DNA of 64,000 bases from positions 1 to 64,000 of the forward strand of contig CDMY01000221.1 in the NCBI GenBank assembly GCA_001179505.1, in the 5' to 3' direction. Made by a program: the position numbers and the translations under genes. This document shows, one piece after another, positions 1 to 11,277 of the stretch. The notes below the pieces were generated by a model. It worked only from the letters and a program-made list of their open reading frames with translations. It had not been told where the DNA came from and did not search any database. Source of the stretch: Vitrella brassicaformis CCMP3155. Taxonomy: Eukaryota; Protista; Chromerida. The first letter of the stretch is position 1. Each line of letters starts with the position of its first letter.

Positions 1-346
1 GTCTGGATGGATTCGCTCTCGCTTGTCTATCGCCCTCGCGCGTGCGACTAGCTTCTGTCTGCGTGGGGGAGGGAGGGGAGGGTTTGCGGGACTGGGGTGT
101 GCTGATGGGGCGGGGATTGATCCCTCCTCCCCTTGAGCCTGTTTGAGTCTGCGTGCTGATGGGACTGTATTTGTATGAGTATCACGGACACACAGACGAG
201 TGTTACGGTTAATGACAGTTTCCCCCCCCATGTATCACATGTATGCGATTGGATGCGTGGGCGCTGGGCGCGTCTAATCTACCTCAGGGCCCCTCTGCCG
301 CACGCCAGCAAGTGAGGCAATGGCACGCAGCAATGACGTGTTGACA

Positions 347-418
347 GACACACACACAGACACACACAGACACACACAGACACACACACACACACACGCA
401 GAGAGAGAGAGAGAGAGT
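347..418. repeat. Compound (CA)n/(CACACACAGA)n/(GA)n microsatellite
   Basis: Read directly from the sequence. Confidence 0.9.
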
Positions 419-571
419 CAGACAGTCATGGGATGAATATCGACAGCAAAACGACAGCCAGCTCCCTCATACTACTTATCCAAAGCGCACCCACCCACCA
501 CACCCATCCCACCCACAAGCCATCAGTTATCTATCTTATCGTGCCTCTTCCTCCCGTCTGCCCCATCCAAT

Positions 572-3500
572 CTAATCCTTCTTGTTGGCCTTCTTGGGTT
601 TGGCCTTGGCCTTGCTGCGCCCCTTCCGTGTGCTGCCCTTGAGCTCTAGCTTCAGCACCAGTGTGTTCATGAACGAATCATCTACCCCGTCCCCATCCAC
701 CTCATGGTCACTCTCCAAAACCGTATAGGTGGCCCCCACCCGAGCCACACACTCGACACAAAACGCAGCGAGGGCGGGCTCAGGGTGCTCTGGCCCGTAC
801 CAACCGTAGTTGTGCGCACCCATTCCCTCTTCGTCCGAGTCGACATCCCCAACGAGGTCGTCTGTCGACATGTCGACCGTCAGCGACACTCGTGTGGGGC
901 GAATCGACAGGATGAGAGAGAGCAGATTGCGCACGTGGTCTCTCTTGAGCCGTGCACACCCCCCATCGACAGTGAGGCTATTGACTTGAGGGTACGATAG
1001 ACCAGCCTCGCACTCGTGTGCGGCGTCGGCTAGCATGTCTGCTGTCATGTCGTCTATCTTGACCTCTAGCTTGTCGAGGGGGTGGTGCAGACCAGAGAAG
1101 TACGATATGCACCGGCTCAGGTCGCTCAGAGCCGAGACGAAAAAGCTCGCCTCTCTCACACGCTTCAAACTACCCATCAGCCCCTCCAGCTTGCGGGCAG
1201 CTGCACCCGACGGCAGGCCCTCGTGTCGGTTGCTATTGCTACGCAACACTTGAGCGTGAAAATGCTCAATCGATGGCAGACAACGGCTGTTGCCTTCCTC
1301 GTGGGCCTCGGTCGTGTCGAGGAGGAACTCGGGGATGCTGTTGACCATCTTGCTCGCAGGTGGTGGCCGGTAGGCGTCCTCCGCCCCGACGGCGAGGTGG
1401 GTGGCTTCCGGGAACGACAGCAGCGCTCCCCACGTCCCGTGGAGAGGCGAGCCGCCACACGACAACGCTACCTGACAGTGGATGAAATGGACACACAGAG
1501 ACACGCACAGACACATGTTCCATCCTGCCAGCCACCAGTTGCTCCAGCAGTCAGCCGCGCAGCGCAGCTCAGTGTTTACTGACTGACCTTCTTGCACGTG
1601 CTGGTGACCTTTTCCACCGTCTCAGCCGTGACGCCGTGGGGTGCAGGCGGGGCCTCCGGCACCTCTGTGCTGCAGTCGATGACAGTGTCCATGATCCACC
1701 CTTTGCCTTCGTCGCTGAATGCCTCCCTGTTGTCCGCGCGCGGCAACCACTCGATGCTGCACGCCACGCCGGGCGCCCACGTGAGCAGGTCGGGCAGGGT
1801 GAAATGGTTGGGGCCGCTGCGGTCCGTCAGCTGTCGGCTGAAGTCGGCGCCGAGGGTGAAGCGGTGGTTGAAGGTCAGGGTCTTGGGCACACCTGACGTG
1901 TCATGCATCGCAGACAGAACGGGAAGGAGCACCAGATGTGATTGGGAAGCATAGCTGGGCGGCGGCCGGCCATTTGTGTCTTCTCCCTCTCCCACACCCA
2001 CCCAGCTCACCCACCTTTCATGTTATCTTTGTTCCAGTTGGTGTCGAGGGCGGCCTTGAGCAGCCCGAGGGAGTCGTACACGGGCGTCTTGAGCACACTG
2101 ACAGACAAACAGACAGAGGGGGAAGTGGGCGTGGCGTCTGTGGATGTATACAATAGACACATACCTTAGGTCGGTACTGGTCTCGTCCTCGGACTCGTTG
2201 TAGCTGAGTCGGATGTCCTTTGCGCTCAGGATGGTCAGCCCCTCGATGCTTGTGAGCTTGGGGCACTTGGCTACCGCAGCGGTGAATGCTCGCCAGTCAG
2301 CCCCGTCCACCGTGTCGATGTTCCAGGCCTTGACGCTCGTCAGCTGCGGCGATGTGGACACGATGTGTGTGAGGGACGGGAGCAGGGAGCAGGCCCTGGA
2401 GTTGTGGCGTCGGAAGCAGACTCGGCCCTTGTCAGCCTCGGCGTACACGTGGCCGACACTCAGCTTCTCCAGCGCAGAAAACACCCAACCGCTACTCCTG
2501 CAGCTCAGCCAGCCACACCCACACAGGCACACAGACATGGCGGATGTGGGTGGCCTGTGTGGCGTGGTCTCTCACTTACATGAACTTATCGATCCACTCG
2601 TCGTTCGTGACCCGCAGCTCCTCGACGCTGTCGAAAACCACCACACTACTCGATGCCGCCGGGCCCTTGACCTTGTCCCGTCGACCGTATTGCCCTGTGG
2701 GGGGATTGTCGATGTGGATGTGCTTGAGTGTCCACTTGGACGCCTCGAGCAAGTCGACTGTGAAGGGGATGAGGCCTCGGGTGGCGTCGATGTTGACCGT
2801 CTGCAGCCTACCCTGCAGCACAAACGAACGATACACACGACCTTAATGGTACAGTTATGTCAGTGCGCTCTTCATCCGGCCCTCCCCTCTCTCACCATTC
2901 GCTTCTTGAGCTGCGGTGTGTATTTGCCCTTGTCTTTGTCTTTGCTCGGCTTGCTCTTCGGGGACGGGGGACGGGAAGGGTCTTCATCCGACTGCATGAG
3001 CAACCAACGCCATGCACGATGCAGCCATCCATGACGCACTCTCCCTCCCTCCCTCCCTCCATCCCTTTGTCTGTCCGTCTGTCCCTCCTCACCTCCTCAT
3101 CGGTGTCGCGTGCCGCTGGTTGCTTGATGCTCTTCCAAACGCTATGCTCGCCCTTGGTAATGGTGAGGTCGCGGTACATCCCCGTAGTCGTGTCGGTGGC
3201 CTTGGTGTGCATGTCCTTGCATATCGCTGAGATGGGCAGCCGCTCGATGGTGGTGAAGAGTGGGCTCAGCTGCGATAGGTGGACGGCCTCCAAGTCACAC
3301 AAACCAGCCACCTGACACAAACCGCACACACGCAGGGGATATTCACCCGTGTGCGACATGGTGTGCATCTCTTGGTGTGGCGGTGCACCGTACCCACCTT
3401 GCGGCCGGCGGTATCATCATTGCCCTCTTGCATGCTGCCACCGTCACCAGGCGAGCGAACGTCCTCTGAGCAAACAACACAACACCAGGCAAGGATGCAT

Positions 3501-3613
3501 GTGTTTTGCAGGGGCGTGGTCTGGTCCCCACCTGCCCAGCCCAGCCCACCCGCTTCGTTGTCATGCGATGCGGTGTGGCCTTGTTTCTTGCGCTTCTCCG
3601 CAGGCGCCGACAT
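572..3613 (-). CDS. Multi-exon hypothetical protein, probably a lineage-expanded LRR-like family; basic C-terminal tail
   Basis: Coding-like ORF blocks separated by repeat-rich introns: ATG 3613 (MSAPAEKRKKQG), ~3110-3310, 2576-2815, ~2167-2480, ~1585-1915, and a long terminal exon to stop 572 ending STRKGRSKAKAKPKKANKKD. LxxLxL-type segments (LEKLSV, LTSIEGLTI, LDKLEVKI). No family recognised with certainty. Confidence 0.7.
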
Positions 3614-3771
3614 CTGCGCACTTCCGCTACCAAAAGATCCTACGAATTCACCCAGCAGCAACGATTTGCCCTGAGAATGAGTCATCACAGGTGCAGGGCT
3701 CGAGATCAGACGCTCTGGTGGCTTTCCGTTACTTCAACGTCAAAGCCCAAGGTGCAGGGTTTGGAACCCTG

Positions 3772-3786
3772 CGTGAAACCGCTCTC
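3772..3786 (+). promoter_or_regulatory. Candidate promoter motif (CG)TGAAACCGCT(CTC), copy 1
   Basis: About 160 bp upstream of ATG 3613; the same 15-mer occurs in reverse orientation at 48931-48945. Confidence 0.45.
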
Positions 3787-6332
3787 CTGCGATACACACC
3801 GGTGTGCCATTCAGTTCCATGCAGTCAGCGCACATCTGGTGTCGAGGCTCCACCACCAGATACTCACTCTGGTGGTGTGGTTCTACCAGATGGTGCTCCA
3901 GAGTGACCATGTCGTTAGCTCAGAGGATCTGAAATTGGTTCACCCACATTGATCGTCATGACGGCGGTTGACGTCCCATGCAGCACACACACGCACATCC
4001 AATCCACGCACACGCCGTGCCGTAAGTCCCCACAAGTCTTCCTTCTGTCAGATAGATGTCGGAACCAGAGAGAGACAAATAGCATCATTCACCACCCATG
4101 TCAGTCATCGCACCGCAGCAGTCCCTTGTCGGTCGTCTCATATCTCATCACGCTCAAATGACAGACAGACTCACATGACTGACACCCATCCATCGGCCAC
4201 GATTGCGCGCACACACCGATTCCATCCACCGACACAGCCCGGCAGCCAGCCACTTGGGGAGCCAGCAGAGAGCAGAGAGACAAGAGAGAGGTATGAAAAG
4301 TAAGAACCGATCCATCCATCCATCCATCCGTCAATCGGTCGGTCGGTCGGTCGGTCTGTCGGTCTGTCGGTTGGTATGCCTCTCTGCTTCGCAGACCGAT
4401 AGATACCCGTCTGTGGTCAGGCCAGCCAGCCTGTGTGTGCCGGTCAAGCACGTACGTACGAATTGCAGCTTCGCTGAGGCGCAGCGAAATGCGTCCATCC
4501 AGTCAGTCAGTCATCTAGTCGTCACATACACGCACATTTACAGCCAGCCGGCCAGCCATACAAACAGGCGGACAGGCAGGCAGTTAGACATCTCATGTGG
4601 ATCATCCCGGCACACGCACCTCTGCTGCCTTACTTACTTACTCGGTGGGTGTCGGTGGAGCGGGTGAGTGAGGCAAAACATGGTCGGTGGGAAAAAAGGA
4701 GGACAGGACAGCACACTATAGGCATGGTAGGCCTTCCTCCAGTCATTAGTTATGCATTCTGCCCGGGGGGTAGAGGGGGAGGGGAGGGAAAGAGCACAAG
4801 AAATGCAGTCAGTCAGTCAGTCAGTCGAGAAGCAGTAGTAGTAGTGTCGGCGAGCTCTATGCTTCATCGTCATCTGTACAGTTTCGCACACCACACCTGT
4901 CTGTGCTGTGGACAGACAGACCATCTGTCTGTCCTTGCTGTCCGTCTGGAGTTCTGTCTGTCTGCGTGGGCGGCTCGGCTCTGCAATGCATACGAAAAAC
5001 ACACACCACACGTCTCTTTCTCGTGCCTGTCTGTCTGTTTGGAAGCTATACATTGAAACATACACGCACCCCCGCGCATTGAGGGACGGACGGACGACAC
5101 ACACTGGCTGGCTGGCATATCAGACAGGCAATCAGCCAGCCTCTCCTGTCCTCTTTTGCTACAATCACATACCACCATCCCTCCTCGCTGGCTCGCTGGA
5201 TGGATGGATAATCTCTAAACGCGTCCCTCCTCGCTCCTCTCGCTGCCGCTCTCTCGTTCTCTCTCTCTGAGTTAAATCCACCCATCTTGTTGTTTTAAAG
5301 CCCATGACTGTCCGTCTGTCTGTCTGTCGATGACCGACCGGCTCATTCAAACCAACCATCGCGTGAGTGACGTCGCAAAAGAAATAAACCAGGCAAGGAC
5401 GGCATGCCACCACCCTCCCTCGCTCCAGCGATTGAACCGGTCAAGGGAGGATTCTGCCACGCCATTTACGCAGGGCCGCCCTCTCACAAGAGACAGACAG
5501 GTTCAACAGAAGCCAAGCGACCATGCGGCCAAAAGTGGGATCAAGGGAGGCTCGTTGAGCCAATGGGCGGCCAACACCCAATCATGATGGTTTGGCGATG
5601 AAGGGATATGGTGATCTGGGGGGGAATGGTTGTCCATCGACGAGATAGATAGTGGTACGGTAGGTACGAGAGGAGTGAGTGAGTGAGTGAGTAGGGCCTA
5701 CTTGCTTTCCTCCTTGGTTGGTTGGCTGCTCTGATTATCTGCCGGTTGGTTCTTCGTGTGCTGGTCGGAAAAACACACATACAGCTGCACTGCATGATGC
5801 CATCCATGCATCCATCCATCCAATCAGCTGACGTGTGCAGGCAGGCAGGCAGGCAGATAGGCAGAGAGATAGATGAGGAAGTATGTGCGCATCCAGCACC
5901 AAGAGCGATCCATCCTCAACCACACGAGGCAGGCCAGCCAGGTCGGGTGAAAGAAGAGAAAATCGGAAGGGACTTACATAAGACAGTCATTTTGAGTCCG
6001 CCCGTCCGTACTCTCATGCACTCACTGAGACAGACATTCACCCATGCGGGTCGGGTATGGTATGACACGAGCGACACGCCGGCAGGCAACGCACGTCCGT
6101 CATCACGTCAGGTGTTCGCACCTCCCTGACGCACGCACGCACGAACGAACAAACGACCCATTCCCTCAACCATAAGCACTAGGTAGGACACCATCAATCG
6201 CCGACCAACCGACCACAACGCATCCATCAAGACTCAAAACCAGCGTAGCGTCTTTCGCTCCCTCCCTCCCTCCGACCCTCCGTCCGCCCCTCTGTCTGTC
6301 TGCCAGTCTGTTCAATCTGTCTGTCTGTCTGT

Positions 6333-8612
6333 CTATCTGCGTGTCCATGGTGTGATCATCTTCCTGATGAAAAATTTGGAGAGTAGTCTGGCGAGGTCGA
6401 TGCTGAAGGCGGCACGGTCGGAGCTCTGCGGCGGGACCACCTGGAAGGGCTCCACGGACGACAGCTGGCAACGCGCCACCAGAGTTATCTGCACACACAC
6501 ACACACACGCACGTGTGGATGGTTAGATGGCATTCATGATGGGTGGGTGGTTTGGCGGCGTGCCCTGCCGCACCCACCTTGTTCTTGGCGAGGACGAGCG
6601 TGTCGATTTCGACGTTGTCGCCCATGTCGAGCGTCCAGCTCTCCAGCCGGACGTTGACCGCCACCTCCCACGGCGTCCCGACACCCAGAGTCACCACAGT
6701 GTCCCTACACACCGATCAACACAGACAGCCACGTGTGTGCGTGTGCGCCTGACTGCCTTGGGCAGGTTAGGTATGCAGCCTACCTACCTGAGGTAGACGA
6801 CGTGTCCGTTGCTGGTGACGCCGACGCCGGTTCTGATTCTGAAGGGGGTCATAGTGTTGAGGACGGTGTGCGCGATGCCCGTAATGCAGAGCCGCCCGTC
6901 CTTGACCGTCACGTGCTCGATCGTCACCAACATCTGAATGAATGAACGCACAGTGTGTAGAAACAGAACAGGGACGAGAGGACGGCTGTGGTGTGGTGTG
7001 CTGCGTGTGCAATGGAATGGCAGTATGGTATGTGTGTGTGTGTGTGTGTTGTGTGTGCTACGGTACATACCAGTTTGGGGATGTTTCTGCCGTCCCAGGT
7101 GCCCTCCATCTTTGAGAGCAGCTTGTTGGCAAGCTGGCGCAGCAGCCGATTGATAACTGACACACACACACGACGTATAACAGACACACGACCTATGCCC
7201 ACTGGTCTGTCTGCTCTCGTATGCTATGCGTGCGTGCTGCACTCAACGCTCGGATGCACACCACACATGGCTTTAATCTTACAGGGTGAGTCCTCCAGGT
7301 CTTCGCTCGTGAGAGTGTACGTCCCAAAGGTCTGTCACGCGATACAGACAATAATCCCATGTCGATGTCCGTCTGCTGTGTGTGCGTCCCTCCCTTTGCA
7401 TCCCTTCTCCCTCTCTCACCTCGAAAGGCCCCCTCAAGAATGTCTGTCGCCGCAAAAGCAATGAACCCCACCGAATCGCCAATCTGATCCAGACACACCA
7501 GACAGACAGGCAGGCAGGCACGCATGAGGGGGGAGGGGAGTGGGTAGTCTGCTTGAGCTCTCACTCTCTGATCTCGACTTCTGCGCCTCCCGAGATACTG
7601 AGGGCCTGAAAGGCCAGCTTGCGGAACCTTATACGAACCAAGGGAAAGATGCCCCTGACAATGAATGTCACACAACACACACACGCACCGAGAGAAGAAG
7701 TGTGGCCACACCCCGCCCTGTGTAGTGCAGTGCACTCGTCCGTGTTTGGCTTGCTCACCTGAGGAGGTTCCGTCTTCTGAGCAGGTCGATCTGTATGGTC
7801 AGCCCCTTAGCAGACCGACAGCACCGCTGCATTATATTCACAGCTATCCACTGAACCAACCGTGACCCAACACTCCCAGAACCAGCAGCAGAAACAGGAG
7901 AGGCCGCAGCCGCAGCCGCAGCGGCATCCACCACCCCATAATCGGCCGATGAAGACCGCGCCACAGCATTGGTCACACCGACTGCCGCCTGTGCGTCAGC
8001 CGGGACCGCGCGAATGATCCTGCTGCGGCGGCTGCCCGGCAGCCTCAGCAGCCGCCTCACGGCGCTCCACGCACGCCATCGAGCCGCTGCTGCCGGCTGC
8101 ATGTTGGCGCCACTGACTGCGTCAGCTGTGGTGGCCTTGGCAGTGTGTGTGAGGGGTGAGGGGCTGGAGTAGGGGGCGCCCGTGGCGAAGGTGAGACGCT
8201 GACTCTGGGGGGGCGAGGAGGGCGAAGGGACGGCAGCAGGGGTGTGGGTGTGGGAGGGGTCGGGGCGCTGGGGTGGGTTGCTCGCCGGGGATGAGGGCAC
8301 CACAAAGGGCACAAAGGCCGACTGCACAGACCGGCGGTCGCGGGTGGGGAACCGCCGAGAGGCAGCAGTAGGCGGCCGGTGGTGGCGCGCGAGACGTGCG
8401 AGAGCCGCTCCAGTCGCACTGGCCCTCGGCTGTGCCATCTTGAGGGCCATTGCCACGTAGGACGAGTCGCATAGCCAGAGAGCCCACAGAGTGGTGGCCA
8501 GAGCGGTCACCAGATGACAGACGGAGGTGGCGACGCCTCCGATCGCCACCAGCAGATGGTGGCCACGCCCTCCTCCGCAGGGGAGGGGGAGCAGGACGGC
8601 AGCGAGAGCCAT
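6333..8612 (-). CDS. DUF2993/LmeA-like domain protein with hydrophobic, possibly organelle-targeting N-terminal extension
   Basis: Spliced exons give ...RLVQWIAVNIMQRCCRSAKGLTIQIDLL / GIFPLVRIRFRKLAFQALSISGGAEVEI / FGTYTLTSEDLEDSP / INRLLRQLANKLL / LVTIEHVTVKDGRLCITG...PFRIRTGVGVTSNGHVVYLR / LDMGDNVEIDTLVLAKNK / ...FSIDLARLLSKF, stop 6333. The pattern resembles algal DUF2993-type proteins. ATG 8612. Confidence 0.65.
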
Positions 8613-8809
8613 GCGCCTCAGGCAACGACTGCACACAGGATGAGGGCGAGATGGACAGAAGATAGAAGTGGATCTAGCTCAGGGCGTCGGCTGCTGCAGG
8701 GGGGATGATCGCCTGGTCATGTCCAGCCTTCAGTTGCTTTCCGACCGCCAGTGCGAGCTAGGGTATACTCTGAAACCTTTTACCGCTCTCTGGAGGCCCT
8801 CTTTATGGC

Positions 8810-8819
8810 TGAAACCGCT
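8810..8819 (+). promoter_or_regulatory. Candidate promoter motif TGAAACCGCT, copy 2
   Basis: In the 300-bp divergent spacer, ~95 bp before ATG 8914; a split variant TGAAACC..ACCGCTCTC lies at 8771-8790. Confidence 0.4.
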
Positions 8820-8913
8820 GCTCTTTGATGACGAGATCCTTGCTCGGGCTCGCTGATCACGAGATCTTGCTTGTCTGTCCTCCATAGATAAAGGACGCTT
8901 GATCTGTCTCACC

Positions 8914-10970
8914 ATGTCAGAAGCAACCGACTTGCTGTTCTACCTCAACTTCAAAGACACCCGAGCCTTCCTCTTGCTGCTGGAGAACGAGCTCGAGCAC
9001 TTCATTCTGAATGAGCAGGCACGTAACGGCGCCAAGGGCGGTGATTCGGCAACCACACCAGCACTCCGCTTCCCTGCCCTCAAGCGGCGATATGGCGAGC
9101 TGCTGAAGCTGATGGCCGACAGGTTTCAGCTGACCGTCGAAACGCATGGCTACGGCGACGAGCGCAACTACGTGGTAATCTACAACAGTGCCAAGTCCAG
9201 CATCCCCTCACTCTCGCTGGCGGACTTCATCCCGCATACACGTGATCTCACCGAGCGGATTGGTATGACCACCTCGAGGCCGCCAAACACAGCTGCTGCA
9301 GAGGGTGCTGAGGGGCCAGATGAGGGACGAAACGAGGCGCAGAGTGATGTTGGAGGCGACGAGGAGGCAGCCAGCAGGAATGTGAAGGAGATAGAGGTGC
9401 CTGCCAGGGACGGGCTGGTGAGGAAGGGTCGAGGTTTCCACAGCTCCCGTGACGACACTCCTCAAGAGATGGGCCTGGAGGAGCTGCCTCTGAGAAACGA
9501 CTACGAACCTTATGCGTTCAAGCCCGATGAGCCCCTTCCTCCCTACAGACGGTGAGTGCTCACGTGAGCACAGACACATCATGGGATGGGGATGGTTCGT
9601 CGTGAATGAATGTTGGATGTGTGTGTGGATGCAGGACGTATGCTGAGTTGTCATCCGCTCGCCCATCCTCTGGCTCGTCGGCGCGGTCCGCCGCCACCAC
9701 CAGGCAGTGGGACGTGAGCGAGCACTCCACACTGGGCAGCGCACTTGTGTCCTTCAAGTAAACCACCAACCAACACAGGCAGGCCCACCATGCTGCATAC
9801 AAAGATTGACTGATTGACCGACTGGCTGGGCTGCTGTGTGTGTGTGTATGTTGATCGATCCCGATCAGGGTCGACAGTGTGGTCGGCAGCTGCTTCCGAG
9901 TGGCCCTCATTCCCCACCTGGCTACCTTCAAGAAGCTGATCAGCAGCGGCCCATCCCTCGCCGGCCCCACGAGCACGGCAGCTGACGAAACTGATCCACT
10001 CGTCTTCACCTTTCGCTGCGGCACATCTGAGACCGAGAGCCTCCTATGTTGGGAAGTTACATGGCGGCGCCTGCTGGGCGACAACGAGCCTCAAGAGGAG
10101 CTGCGGACTATCCATGCGAAAGAACCACCCTCTCGGGCCTTGTTGTGGATTGCTCACTTCAGCACTCAACGACAGCAGACAGAGAAGCAGAGGCACGTCA
10201 TGCTCGGCTCTGGGGGCTTCCCTGAGGGTGTCATCTTGTCAATGGCTCTCCCAGACGAGAAACGGAATGCCTTCACTCATTACGCGATGGGCGCGGGTGA
10301 CGGTGTGGGTGCTGGGGAGGTCGTGGTGAGGGATGTGCGCCGCCATGGCGGTCTGGTGGGTGACCTGCCCCTCGCATCGCGCCATCACATCGTGGAGCTG
10401 CAGTGGTCTCCGTCGGCCCTTCCGTCGTCGCCATCGGACAAACCTATCGCTGCCGTGGACTTCATGCTGACAGATGTGGGTGGTGGTTCTGGACTAACAA
10501 CACGGAGTTCATGGCCATCAGTGACAGCCGGAGCCCCCTCGTCTCTCCCGGAGGCCCTCATCGGTCGGCTACAGCCTCACGTCAGGTGGACGGTTTGCAC
10601 TGTGGAGGAAAACACTGCCCTCCTCGTGTGTGTCGATACGGAGGCGGCCAAAAACGTGCTGGCTACATTCCGCGAGACGGCTGATGGCTCCGCTGAAGCG
10701 CCGATGTGTTACTGCCGCGCCACATCGACGTGCCTCGTCTCTGGCAGTGATGGAGGAAAGGACCAGCCGCACACGAGTGGCGTGTGGACGGTGGCCACCA
10801 CTGGCACCGCTCGGCTTATGGAGGTGCTGCGGGGGATGCGTGAGGAGACGGTGAGATGTATCGGCCTGCATGACGTCATCGCGACAGAGACAAGGCGGGC
10901 GACGATACGTGTTGCGTCGAGAAACGCTCATCGCCTGACCATTGCCTCGCTGGGAGGGCGGGGGAAGTGA
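8914..10970 (+). CDS. R3H-domain + RRM-like protein (R3HCC1-like); join(8914..9551,9869..10970)
   Basis: N-terminal DTRAFLLLLENELEHFI...LRFPALKRRYGELLKLMADRFQL is R3H-like. C-terminal HIVELQW...VRW...ENTALLVCVDTEAAKNVL and VASRNAHRLTIASLG resemble the R3HCC1 RRM-like and terminal motifs. One GT-AG intron restores the frame exactly. Confidence 0.7.
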
Positions 10971-11277
10971 GTGAGAAGAGGGCGGCAAATATGTGTGTGT
11001 GTCCTGTCGGCGGTGTACCTTTAGGCAGCTGCTGCATTGACTCTGCCGGTCTGTGCGGTGCATGAGTGCGTTGCGTGGTCGCGGGATGGTCCTGTTGTAT
11101 CACCATGAAACACCATGGACTGTCGGTAAATCATGTTGAGGGAAAGGCCGAAAGAGCAATACATGTCTTACATACGTACGTATGTATGATCCAGCGGACA
11201 CATCATCTAATGAACGCGGAAATGACACACTTGGCCTCCCTCCATCACACACATACACACACACATATCACACGCAC

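Noticed and set aside
3721-3780. tRNA gene (Val-like ends, T-arm-like hairpin)
   Set aside because: No D or anticodon arm, the loop is not TTCRA, and it is too short; kept only as a hairpin observation.
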